Sequence record: DRR723986_3475
DNA length: 31,894 nucleotides
Strand: one strand, 5' to 3'
Below, piece after piece: positions 1-8,968 of this stretch. How positions within the stretch are numbered: the first letter of the stretch is position 1; the number at the start of each line of letters is the position of its first letter. The notes under the pieces are model-generated. The model ran no database searches and was not told the DNA's origin. It saw only the letters and a list, made by a program, of their open reading frames with translations. The position numbers and the translations under genes were made by a program.

Positions 1-1910
1 ATCAAAATCATGAAGAGCGTGTACTATTCCCATATTTTGAAGCTGCGCATATTAGCGTATTTAAAAAGAACAGAACCCAGAAATCTGAAACCTTGTTTAA
101 TCAATTTCAAGACGGGTCTAAGTTATTGAGCCTTTATTTAGATGGTCATCTTCAGTTGAATCAACTTTTTGACATGGATAAACTTGCAAAGTTTTATGTG
201 TTGGCTGAATTGGCTGGATATGATCATACCACACGTTGGCATAATAGGAGATTTTATTTTAACCCTGTAACCCAAAAGCTTGAGCATATTGTTTATGATG
301 TATTACCCTTTGCAAAAGAAGACGAAGATTTTTACATGAAAACGAAATTGTTGAGAGCAGGAACAGTACCTGAATTTGCTTTTGATAACGCACTGTTTTT
401 AGATCCTATATTTAAAGAACGTTTTTTCTATCATTTAACCCTAAGGGCAAATGAAAATTACTTAGATTCTGTTTTTGCTCTTTTAGATCCTGAATTGACG
501 TTTTTAGAAAAGTGTATTCAAACTGATGAGCCTGATTATTCATTTGAAAAGAACAAGTTCTACAATCATGTTGAGTTTTTGCAAGACAGCTTAGTTGGTT
601 TTGATAGTTTGTGGGAAGTGAAGGCAGCAAAATTTGAATCGCCAATTGATTGGGTGAGGCCAATGGATTACAAGGAGCTGGAAGACACCATCTTTCTTGA
701 CAATGTATCCATCAACGCTTATTCAGAAGAAATAGACTCGAATACCTTTCATGTTTTTATAGAGAATTATCATTTGAATGATGTTGAACTTAAATCAGTT
801 CAACTGGACTCGGGGCAGAATTACATGTTTCAATTCAATGATTTGAGCAGATTGAAAGCTTTCTCGACTCTTGCAGATACTTGTTCATTTTATACATTAG
901 ACAAACCGGAACGCATCTTTTTTGAGGCAGCAAATCATCCAGGAAAATTGTATTCGAAAAAAATCCTACCCTGGAAAAAACAATCAGGAAAAGTGGCTAG
1001 GTTGAATTTAGAAACACCCCATTTTAATGGTGTACAAAAAGTAAAAATACAAGGTGAGTTTGTGGTTAACAAGATGTTTTATTTACCAAAAGGAATAAAT
1101 CTTGAAATAGAGAAAGGTTCAAGAATTATTTTCGAAAAAGGCGGAGGCATAATTTGCAATAACGGAATCAATGCGGTTGGAACGAAGTATCGACCTATAG
1201 AATTTATTTGTCAAGATTCTAGCTCCAATGGCCTGACAATATTTAATGGAGAAACCCGGATGGAGCACTGTACAATTTCAGGGCTATCCAATTTAAATTA
1301 TGACAATTGGGTTCAAACAGGGGCTGTGAGTATTTACGAATCACAAGTTTCGTTAAACTATGTACGTATTTTTAATTCGTATGCTGAAGATGCGCTAAAC
1401 ATCATTAGAAGTGATTTTGAAATTTCTGATTTATATATAGATTCTACCTTTTCTGACGGTTTTGACGCGGATTTCTGCAACGGGATGATTTCAAACTCCA
1501 AGATCAAGAACACGGGGAATGATGGATTAGATTTTTCAGGGTCAACGATTTCGGTAATGTCGGTACAGTTAAAAAATATTGGTGATAAAGGCATTTCTGG
1601 AGGGGAGAGGTCAAACTTATTTGTGAAAAATGTCATTATTTCAGGTTGTTTAAACGGTATTGCTTCAAAGGATGAGTCTATGGTTTTTTGTATTGGATTA
1701 TCAATAGAGCATGCTCAGTGCCATTTGATGGCCTTCCAGAAAAAACCAGAATTTGCTCCCGCTGTGCTAGCAGTACAAGGTTTTTACAACTCAGATGATC
1801 AATTTAATAAACTTGTGGGATTGGGGTCTGAAGTAATAGTTGATGATAAATATCATCTTGGGCAACAATTTATTGATATTGAAGTTTTGTATAGTCAGTT
1901 TAATAAATGA
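1..1910 (+). CDS. CotH-kinase-like protein with C-terminal right-handed parallel beta-helix (5'-truncated by window edge)
   Basis: The frame is open from base 3 (QNHEERVLFPYFEAAHISVFKKNRTQ...). This aligns with the internal DFPYYEGALVKPFKENRT of the next gene, so TTG at 93 is not the true start. Motifs: FDMDKLAKFY, HTTRWHNRRFYFNP, LEHIVYD (CotH C-lobe-like) and EDALN/SDGFDADF/NDGLDFSGS/DKGISGGE (beta-helix rungs). Confidence 0.8.
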   Translation, partial: QNHEERVLFPYFEAAHISVFKKNRTQKSETLFNQFQDGSKLLSLYLDGHLQLNQLFDMDKLAKFYVLAELAGYDHTTRWHNRRFYFNPVTQKLEHIVYDVLPFAKEDEDFYMKTKLLRAGTVPEFAFDNALFLDPIFKERFFYHLTLRANENYLDSVFALLDPELTFLEKCIQTDEPDYSFEKNKFYNHVEFLQDSLVGFDSLWEVKAAKFESPIDWVRPMDYKELEDTIFLDNVSINAYSEEIDSNTFHVFIENYHLNDVELKSVQLDSGQNYMFQFNDLSRLKAFSTLADTCSFYTLDKPERIFFEAANHPGKLYSKKILPWKKQSGKVARLNLETPHFNGVQKVKIQGEFVVNKMFYLPKGINLEIEKGSRIIFEKGGGIICNNGINAVGTKYRPIEFICQDSSSNGLTIFNGETRMEHCTISGLSNLNYDNWVQTGAVSIYESQVSLNYVRIFNSYAEDALNIIRSDFEISDLYIDSTFSDGFDADFCNGMISNSKIKNTGNDGLDFSGSTISVMSVQLKNIGDKGISGGERSNLFVKNVIISGCLNGIASKDESMVFCIGLSIEHAQCHLMAFQKKPEFAPAVLAVQGFYNSDDQFNKLVGLGSEVIVDDKYHLGQQFIDIEVLYSQFNK

Positions 1911-1917
1911 AAATAGA

Positions 1918-1925
1918 TATTTTTG
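1918..1925 (+). promoter_or_regulatory. Bacteroidota sigma70 -7 box (TATTTTTG) for second CotH-like gene
   Basis: Matches TAnnTTTG, 5 nt before ATG 1931; no well-spaced -33 TTTG seen. Confidence 0.4.
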
Positions 1926-1930
1926 CCCCA

Positions 1931-4915
1931 ATGATTCAGAAACATTTATTTATCGTTCTAGCGATTTTTTTCATCTCTTGTGAGCCTGAAATTGTGATTG
2001 ATTCATCTAATGTTGAATCATTTGTTTGTGATGCAGAAACAATAATTGACGAAGCTGGAGATAAAAAATATGCGACTACAGACCCGAATATTTTGTTGAG
2101 TCAAGGGATCACCCAATCAAGTGATTTTGCCCGCTCTGGAAAATATTCAGCTAAGCTCGATTCGGTAAATAAATACGCCTTTAAATTCACACTCTCAAAT
2201 GTAAAGCAAGGTGACTATCTCAGGTTTTCAGTTTGGCAAAAATTAAGTCACGATAAAGCTTCTTTAGCTGTGAATATGTATGGAGAAGATGCGCATCAAG
2301 AAATAAAATCGAGTTACTATGATATCACAGAGCAAGATGGAGATTGGATCCAACACAATGTGTCGCTAATAGTTTCAGAAGGGCTAACCGAAATTAAGGT
2401 GCACGTGTTTAGTGGAGGTAAGTTATCCTATTTTGATGATTTTGCCTTTGAGAAAAAGGCGGCCATTCCTAAAAATGATTTGCTTCCTGAACTCAACATT
2501 CAATTCGGCGAAAAGTCAAAAATTAAACTGAAAAGTTTCGTTAAACAAGCAAGTAAAGAAAGGGTTATTGCAAGTCGCTATAAAAAATACGTTAAAGGGC
2601 TTATTTTTCATGAAGGTGAGCTAAAGAAAATTAAAGCCAAATTAAAAGGAGATTGGACAGATCATCTTTCAAGTGGAAAAGTCTCATTAAGAATAAAAAT
2701 GAGAGGCAATTCCGCGTATAACGGCTTGAAAACGTATTCTATTCAACATCCCAGAACAAGAAGTTATGTAAGCGAGTGGTTTGTTCATAAGCTGGCAGAT
2801 GAATTGGATATTCTGTCAACTAAGTTTGATTTTGTAAATGTTGCCGTGAATAACAATTATTATGGCGTCTTTGTACTAGAAGAGCATTTTGATAAGCAAT
2901 TGCTCGAACAACGAAATAGGCGAGAAGGACCAATTTTAAAGTTTGACGAAAGTGGCGTATGGCAAATCTCTTTGAAAGAAAGCTCTGATATTAGATTGAT
3001 AGATTTTCCATATTATGAAGGGGCACTTGTGAAGCCATTTAAAGAAAACCGAACGACTTCATCTGAGGTACTATCTAAGAACTTCGAAGAGGGGGCAAAA
3101 TTAATGACCTTGTTCAAAAACGGGCATATCCCAGTTGAAGATATTTTTGATATTGATCAACTTGCAAAATATTATGTTTTATTGGATTTATGTGGAGGTT
3201 ACCACAGTTCAGCATGGCATAATCGTAGATTTTATTTTAATCCCATCACCCAAAAACTAGAGCACATTGTATATGACGTAATGCCATTTTCTTACGGTAC
3301 TTATTTTATTAATTCAATAGAAGCAAAACTACCAGACGCCGAAAGAGGAAAAGATGCCAGCTTAACGAATGCCGTGATGTTGAGTAGGCCGTTTAAAGAG
3401 AAGTATCTGTACTACCTAAAAGAAATGACAACGGTTGCCTATTTAGATAGTATGTTCGGAAAATACCAAGGTCAAATTGATACCTTGACCTTGGCTATCC
3501 AGGTAGAAGAGCCTTATTACCATTTGAATCAGCAAATTTATTACGACAACGCTGAGCACATGCGCAAAGCATATAATAGATTGAATGACCTGTGGGAGAA
3601 AACACTAGCGAAAAATCTTCCTCCAAGCCATTGGACAGTTGATAAAACCTACGAATCAAGATCGGATACTGTCTTTTTTGAAGGAGTTGCTCTTAACGCT
3701 TATATGACTAGAATTGATTCTAATCAATTCTCTGTAGAAGTTGAAAATTATCATGTCAATGACATTTCAATATCCGCTTGGGAAAAAGATGATTCGCTTT
3801 CTACCCGTATTCAGTTTGAGAAGGCAATTAAATTAGGCGGATTTGAAAAGAACCCAGCAGCTGTCAATTTGAAATTCAACGAAGAACCAAAGAAGTTATT
3901 TTTTACTGTTCAGAATAAAGGCTACAAAGAATATGCAGCGAAAATAATTCCTTGGAAAAAACCAACTGGTGTTTCTAATCGAATGGAGTTGGCAAAATCG
4001 AATAAATCTAAACCCTTGCCTTATGCAATCTTGAATAACAAGGCCGTATTTAATAAAGATGTCATCATTGAAAATCTAGTATCAATTCCTGCCAAATATG
4101 AAGTTGAAGTGAAGCCTGGAGTTTCTATTTGTTTTTCTAATGGAGGTGGATTGATAGTGAATAACAGCTTTACAGCAGTTGGCTCTAAAGTGTCACCAAT
4201 TAAGATTTTTTGCATTGACGGAACAAGTCATGGATTGACTGTTTTAAATGCTAAGAATACAGTAATGGAGTTCGTTGAGTTTTCAGGATTATCAAATCTG
4301 CACTATAAAAACTGGATACTAACAGGTGGAGTAACGGTCTACGAATCGGATGTCCGAATCAATGAGATTACAATTACAAATGCCCTATCTGAAGATGGCT
4401 TGAATATAGTTCGAAGTCATTTTGAAATCAATAATCTCTTTATGGATGGAACTTTCTCAGATGGTTTTGATGCCGATTTTTGCACGGGAAGCATAAGTAA
4501 TTCGGTATTTAAAAATACTGGCAACGATTGTGTTGATTTTTCAGGATCGACAATTAGCCTTGAAGATATTGAAATTGAAAACAGTGGCGATAAAGGAGTT
4601 TCTGGTGGAGAAAGATCTTATTTAACTTTAGCAAACATCAATATTCAAGGGGCAATTACGGGTATCGCGGCAAAAGATCAAAGCATCTTGACTGGGAAGT
4701 CAATTACAATAGATGAGGTAACCTACGGCTTGATGGCTTTTAGAAAAAAGGCTGAGTATGGTTCGGCTTCAATTGATTTTGAACTCACCACTATTGAAAA
4801 TGCTGATACTGTTTTATTAGTAGATAAAGGATCTCAAATTAAAATGAATGGAGAATTGACGAAAGGTCAAACGAAACTTGATGTCGATTTACTTTATGCA
4901 AGATTTGAGAAATAA
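1931..4915 (+). CDS. Lipoprotein: CBM-like N-domain + CotH-kinase-like domain + right-handed beta-helix
   Basis: ATG 1931 gives the lipoprotein signal MIQKHLFIVLAIFFIS-C (ORF track start is 1907). CBM4/9-like segment ARSGKYSAKL...FSVW...YFDDF. CotH-like KLKGDW, KVSLRIK, VNNNYYGVFVLEEHFDK, WHNRRFYFNP, IVYD. Beta-helix repeats at the C-terminus. Confidence 0.82.
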   Translation: MIQKHLFIVLAIFFISCEPEIVIDSSNVESFVCDAETIIDEAGDKKYATTDPNILLSQGITQSSDFARSGKYSAKLDSVNKYAFKFTLSNVKQGDYLRFSVWQKLSHDKASLAVNMYGEDAHQEIKSSYYDITEQDGDWIQHNVSLIVSEGLTEIKVHVFSGGKLSYFDDFAFEKKAAIPKNDLLPELNIQFGEKSKIKLKSFVKQASKERVIASRYKKYVKGLIFHEGELKKIKAKLKGDWTDHLSSGKVSLRIKMRGNSAYNGLKTYSIQHPRTRSYVSEWFVHKLADELDILSTKFDFVNVAVNNNYYGVFVLEEHFDKQLLEQRNRREGPILKFDESGVWQISLKESSDIRLIDFPYYEGALVKPFKENRTTSSEVLSKNFEEGAKLMTLFKNGHIPVEDIFDIDQLAKYYVLLDLCGGYHSSAWHNRRFYFNPITQKLEHIVYDVMPFSYGTYFINSIEAKLPDAERGKDASLTNAVMLSRPFKEKYLYYLKEMTTVAYLDSMFGKYQGQIDTLTLAIQVEEPYYHLNQQIYYDNAEHMRKAYNRLNDLWEKTLAKNLPPSHWTVDKTYESRSDTVFFEGVALNAYMTRIDSNQFSVEVENYHVNDISISAWEKDDSLSTRIQFEKAIKLGGFEKNPAAVNLKFNEEPKKLFFTVQNKGYKEYAAKIIPWKKPTGVSNRMELAKSNKSKPLPYAILNNKAVFNKDVIIENLVSIPAKYEVEVKPGVSICFSNGGGLIVNNSFTAVGSKVSPIKIFCIDGTSHGLTVLNAKNTVMEFVEFSGLSNLHYKNWILTGGVTVYESDVRINEITITNALSEDGLNIVRSHFEINNLFMDGTFSDGFDADFCTGSISNSVFKNTGNDCVDFSGSTISLEDIEIENSGDKGVSGGERSYLTLANINIQGAITGIAAKDQSILTGKSITIDEVTYGLMAFRKKAEYGSASIDFELTTIENADTVLLVDKGSQIKMNGELTKGQTKLDVDLLYARFEK

Positions 4916-4948
4916 AAAATCCCTCTCAACATTCAGCTAAGAGGGATT
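4914..4948 (-). terminator. Intrinsic terminator between convergent genes
   Basis: Inverted repeat AATCCCTCT (4918-4926) / AGAGGGATT (4940-4948), with an A-run at 4914-4919 that gives a U-tail on the minus strand; may act bidirectionally. Confidence 0.7.
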
Positions 4949-4967
4949 CAAAAAGTGTTTTTGAAGA

Positions 4968-5549
4968 TTATTTTTTAATCAGAATCGATTCACAGTCAAA
5001 TGACACTTCAATTTTATCTTCTGTGATAGCATCATATTCTTCTTGAGCAACTTCTTCTCCTGCTTCTGCAGCATCATCTAATAAATGTTTTTGGAAATCA
5101 ACAGTCAAAGTATCCATAACCAATTGCCCCAATAACACGGCATTTGTTCCGCTTGGCGTTTCAATAGGGATAGTGAAATGATCTCTAAAGAATACGCGAA
5201 CGTCATTCTCTTCACTGTCTTTAAACGTAATCCAACATCCAGCTTTTTGACAAACCGCATCAATTTCTACTTCAACTGCTCTGTTAAAAGAACCGGCAGT
5301 TTCAAACTCTACGAACATTTCATCTGTAGTTGCTGCTCCGTCAGCAGAAAATTCTGAGTGACCATATAAAGTGTAATCACCTTTGTCAACTCCATCAAAC
5401 GCTAAAGTGCTTTCTACTTCTTCTTCGATAGCTTCAGTGCTATCTGCTACTTCATTTTCTGTGGTTTCTTCACTAGTTTCTTCGGCTCCTCCACAAGAGA
5501 AAAATCCGAAACTAGCCACAAGTCCTAGTAATATTAAATTTCTTTTCAT
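4968..5549 (-). CDS. DUF4920 domain lipoprotein
   Basis: Likely start ATG 5549 (MKRNLILLGLVASFGFFS-C lipobox), acidic linker, and VCQKAGCW...HLLDDA motifs typical of DUF4920. The ORF-track extension to 5684 overlaps csaA and is unlikely. Confidence 0.8.
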   Translation of the reverse strand: MKRNLILLGLVASFGFFSCGGAEETSEETTENEVADSTEAIEEEVESTLAFDGVDKGDYTLYGHSEFSADGAATTDEMFVEFETAGSFNRAVEVEIDAVCQKAGCWITFKDSEENDVRVFFRDHFTIPIETPSGTNAVLLGQLVMDTLTVDFQKHLLDDAAEAGEEVAQEEYDAITEDKIEVSFDCESILIKK

Positions 5550-5566
5550 TGATTTTAAATTTTCAG

Positions 5567-5574
5567 CAAAAGTA
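5567..5574 (-). promoter_or_regulatory. -7 box (TACTTTTG) for DUF4920 gene
   Basis: CAAAAGTA on the plus strand reads TAnnTTTG on the minus strand, in the 40-nt csaA/DUF4920 gap. Confidence 0.5.
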
Positions 5575-5589
5575 GAGATAAATTCAAAT

Positions 5590-5922
5590 TTACCCGATTT
5601 TTGAGCCGTTAAAAGTTTTAACAGAAGGTTGAAGAAGGCTAACTTCCTTGTTTTTACCAATTGCTCCAAGCACCAAACACTCACTCATAACGGTTGCAAT
5701 TTGCTTGGGCGGAAAGTTCACTACAGCAGAAATTTGCATGCCGATTAAGTCTTCTTTTTGATAAAGATCAGTGATTTGAGCTGAACTCTTTTTAATACCC
5801 AAATCGCCGAAATCAATTTTTAAAATATATGCTGGATTCCGCGCTTCTGGAAAGTCAGTGGCTTCTAAGATGGTTCCAACACGGATATCGACTTTTGCAA
5901 AATCATCCCAAGTTAATTCCAT
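5590..5922 (-). CDS. csaA: tRNA-binding OB-fold protein / export chaperone CsaA
   Basis: WDDFAKVDIRVGTI...ARNPAY..IDFG..GIKKSSAQIT..Y...AVVNFPPKQIA..MSECLVLG is the CsaA/Trbp111 signature; 110 aa. Confidence 0.88.
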   Translation of the reverse strand: MELTWDDFAKVDIRVGTILEATDFPEARNPAYILKIDFGDLGIKKSSAQITDLYQKEDLIGMQISAVVNFPPKQIATVMSECLVLGAIGKNKEVSLLQPSVKTFNGSKIG

Positions 5923-5924
5923 TA

Positions 5925-6620
5925 CTAATCGATTGTTAGTTTAAACCCTACTCCGTGAATGTTATTAATGGCTACCTTTTCATCTTCTTTCAGATACTTT
6001 CTCAATTTGGTGATAAATACATCTAAACTTCTTCCCACGAAATAGTCATCCTGACCCCAAACTGAGTTTAGAACAACATCTCTAGGTAGAACTTTGTTGA
6101 TGTTCTGAACCAACAGTAATAATATTTTAGCCTCTTTTTTGGTGAGTTTTTTATCCTCCCCATTTTGATAGTTTAAAACATAATTTTCTGCATCAAAAGT
6201 GATGCTGCCCAAATCAAAACTCGTTGGAATTTCTTCTTTTTCAACCAAATTGACACGTTTCAATATGGCTTTTACCCTTAATAAAAATTCTTCGGTTGAA
6301 AACGGTTTGGTAAGGTAATCATCACCACCGGCTTTGAATCCTTCAATTTTATCCTCTGTTTGATTTTTGGCTGTCAAAAATAAAATAGGAACCTCTTGAT
6401 TCGTTTTTCGAATGTCTCGTGCCAAAGTAAAGCCATCTTTTTTGGGCATCATCACATCAAAAATGCACATGTGTACTTTTGATTCATTGAATTTCTTTAA
6501 TCCTTCAACACCATCAGAGGCGAAGTGAACAGTATAGCCCTGTGATTTCAATTGATCTTGAATTACAAATCCTAAATTGTAATCATCTTCAACTAGTAGA
6601 ATATTAATTTCTTCGTTCAT
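5925..6620 (-). CDS. OmpR/PhoB-family response regulator (RprY-like)
   Basis: LLVEDD, DVMMP phospho-acceptor, FLTAK, DDYLTKPF; winged-helix end RSLDVFITKLRK...NIHGVGF. Confidence 0.92.
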   Translation of the reverse strand: MNEEINILLVEDDYNLGFVIQDQLKSQGYTVHFASDGVEGLKKFNESKVHMCIFDVMMPKKDGFTLARDIRKTNQEVPILFLTAKNQTEDKIEGFKAGGDDYLTKPFSTEEFLLRVKAILKRVNLVEKEEIPTSFDLGSITFDAENYVLNYQNGEDKKLTKKEAKILLLLVQNINKVLPRDVVLNSVWGQDDYFVGRSLDVFITKLRKYLKEDEKVAINNIHGVGFKLTID

Positions 6621-6621
6621 A

Positions 6622-7980
6622 TTATTTGGTAATAGTATTGAGTGAAATGGTGAAAGTAGAACCTTTACCTAAAGTGCTTTTCACTTGAATTGATCCTCCC
6701 AATTCTTCTAAAATTGTTTTTACATAATATAGCCCTAACCCAAATCCTTTAACATCATGAACGTTCCCTGTAGGAACACGGTAAAATTTATCGAAAATGA
6801 ACTTTAAATTCTCTTTTGAAATTCCCTTTCCGTTGTCTTTTATCTTGATTAAGATTTTATTCTTTACGTTTTCTGTAGAGATAAAAATGTCAGGCTTTTT
6901 ATCACAATATTTTATTGCATTATCTATTAAATTGTGAATGACGTTGGTCACATGCACCTGGTCTGCAGCAACTATAAAGTTCGTGGCATTTAATTGCATT
7001 CCAATTTTCCCTTGAGCTTCTTCAATTTGTGAAAACTCAAAGTTTTCCTTTGCTTCTTCAATGATTTCATGGATATCAAAAGTTTCGATTTTAAACTTCA
7101 ATTCTTTCTTGTCCAGTTTGGCAATATTTAGTACTCGTTCAACTTGCTGTTCTAGTCGTTTGTTCTCTTTATAAATTATCCCAGCATATCGCAGTCGCTT
7201 GTCCAATTCTGTTTCTTCATCAAAATTCAAAAGGGTTTCACTTGAAATTCGAATAGTAGCAATAGGTGTTTTGAGTTCATGCGTCATGTTATTGATAAAG
7301 TCGTTTTTGACTTCAGATAGTTTTTTCTGTCTAAGAATAACCGATACCGTAAATGAAAAGAATACCACTACGAAAAAAATGATAGCCGCCAAATATAGCC
7401 AGGGTGTGATTTTACTAGGCACATTATTGAATTGATGATGACCGCGCGAAGGAAAAATGACTCCAAAATAGTGAAGGTCGGTATTCAGTTTTAAAGCAAC
7501 TTCATCAATGTCTGGTTGATAATTTGCAAGGGACTCAACGACATAGATCGAATCACTTTCAAATTTCATATAGTTTCCATAGATGATACTATCGGACCAA
7601 CAATCGTAGATGCCGAATTGAAAGTCTTCTTGTAGATTTTTCTCGTCAAATTCCCATTTCAATAATTGTTCAAGCAAAAATGGGTGCACCGTATCCTGCA
7701 TTTCAACGGTGAAGTAATTTGGAGATCTTTGCTGAACGTTGCCGTATAAATTGATGTCCGTTTGATTGATGTTTTGGATATCTTCAGCTACTTTTTTTAA
7801 AGCGATAATTACCTTATCATCAAATTGCGCAATATTTAAGCTGTCTTGTTTATTTTGAATTTTGATGTTTGTTTCTTGAAAATCAAGGTTTTTCTGAATC
7901 CAGAATATTTGAATGATAAGCACAAAGAGTATCGAAATGATACCTAAAATGATGACGGTTTTGATACTCTTATTATTCAC
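6622..7980 (-). CDS. Membrane sensor histidine kinase (RprX-like)
   Basis: Two TM segments flank a periplasmic domain; H-box NNMTHELKTP, N-box NLIDNAIKY, G1 DNGKGI, F-box IFDKFYR, G2 GFGLGL. GTG start. Confidence 0.92.
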   Translation of the reverse strand: MNNKSIKTVIILGIISILFVLIIQIFWIQKNLDFQETNIKIQNKQDSLNIAQFDDKVIIALKKVAEDIQNINQTDINLYGNVQQRSPNYFTVEMQDTVHPFLLEQLLKWEFDEKNLQEDFQFGIYDCWSDSIIYGNYMKFESDSIYVVESLANYQPDIDEVALKLNTDLHYFGVIFPSRGHHQFNNVPSKITPWLYLAAIIFFVVVFFSFTVSVILRQKKLSEVKNDFINNMTHELKTPIATIRISSETLLNFDEETELDKRLRYAGIIYKENKRLEQQVERVLNIAKLDKKELKFKIETFDIHEIIEEAKENFEFSQIEEAQGKIGMQLNATNFIVAADQVHVTNVIHNLIDNAIKYCDKKPDIFISTENVKNKILIKIKDNGKGISKENLKFIFDKFYRVPTGNVHDVKGFGLGLYYVKTILEELGGSIQVKSTLGKGSTFTISLNTITK

Positions 7981-8051
7981 AACACACTAAATTACATTTA
8001 ATCAATAAAGTCGGGTGTTAAAAATTTACTAAATAAATATCTGAAAGATGG

Positions 8052-8059
8052 TAACTTTG
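8052..8059 (+). promoter_or_regulatory. -7 box (TAACTTTG)
   Basis: TAnnTTTG 6 nt before ATG 8066; supports 8066 rather than 8048 as the start. Confidence 0.5.
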
Positions 8060-8065
8060 GGGATT

Positions 8066-8935
8066 ATGAATGCTCGGAACTTCATATTTGTGTGTATTGC
8101 TTCAATTCTAATATTGAGCTCTTGTTCGACTGAATCTGATAACAATATATTTTCTCCTCAGTCTTATGCATTGCCTGAAAAAGTAGACTATACATTTTTT
8201 GTTGCGGGTCATACCTACGGGAATCCAATGAACTTTCAATACGGATTGCATCCTCCGTTTAAAACCATGATTCCGCAAATCAATGCTTATCCAAAGTTAG
8301 AATTCGGTATTTTGACTGGTGATGTTGTTCCTAAACCTACGACAGAATATTGGGATGCGGCAGAAGCGGATATTGATAAATTCAAAGTGCCGATTCATAT
8401 TGCGCCAGGTAATCACGATAAAAGTCCTGTTTATCACGAAAGATATCCAGATCCTTATGCTTTTAACCATGCAAATGATTTGTTCTTAATCTTATCACCG
8501 AGAAATTGGAACATTGATGGCGAGCAATTAGCAATGGTGAAAAGTAAAATTGATTCTTGTAAGTCGACAGTCGACAACATATTTATTTTTTGTCACGAAT
8601 TGATTTGGTGGTCTCCAGATAATCAGTTTGGAGATGTTGAAGTAAATTATCGTCCTCATTTTCCAGGTAGTATCTCTTACTGGGATGATTTTCAACCTTA
8701 TTTAGATAACCTAAATGTTCCAGTTTATTTGTTCGCAGGGGATATTGGTGCTTCGGATCAAGTAGATCCGTTCATGTATGCGAAAGAAGATAATATTCGA
8801 TATATAGCGAGTGGAATGGGCAGCAATATTGATGACAATATGATTTTTGTTGAGGTAACAAATGATGGTGTTGTCGAACTAAAAATGGTTGGTGTTCAAA
8901 ATCATCAATTTGGCTGGATAAAAGCTTTCAAATAA
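8066..8935 (+). CDS. Calcineurin-like metallophosphoesterase lipoprotein (atypical motifs)
   Basis: Lipobox ILILSS-C; motifs AGHTYG, LTGDVV, APGNHD, FCHE, FAGDIG. Confidence 0.8.
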   Translation: MNARNFIFVCIASILILSSCSTESDNNIFSPQSYALPEKVDYTFFVAGHTYGNPMNFQYGLHPPFKTMIPQINAYPKLEFGILTGDVVPKPTTEYWDAAEADIDKFKVPIHIAPGNHDKSPVYHERYPDPYAFNHANDLFLILSPRNWNIDGEQLAMVKSKIDSCKSTVDNIFIFCHELIWWSPDNQFGDVEVNYRPHFPGSISYWDDFQPYLDNLNVPVYLFAGDIGASDQVDPFMYAKEDNIRYIASGMGSNIDDNMIFVEVTNDGVVELKMVGVQNHQFGWIKAFK

Positions 8936-8968
8936 ATCTATTCACTTCAGTTCGGCGTATATAATTTC

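Noticed and set aside
93-95. TTG at 93 as the start of the first ORF
   Set aside because: The frame is open to the window edge and the upstream residues align with the middle of the paralogue, so the gene starts outside the window.
5550-5684. N-terminal extension of the DUF4920 ORF given in the ORF track
   Set aside because: It overlaps csaA, spans a -7 box, and lies upstream of a clear lipoprotein signal beginning at 5549.
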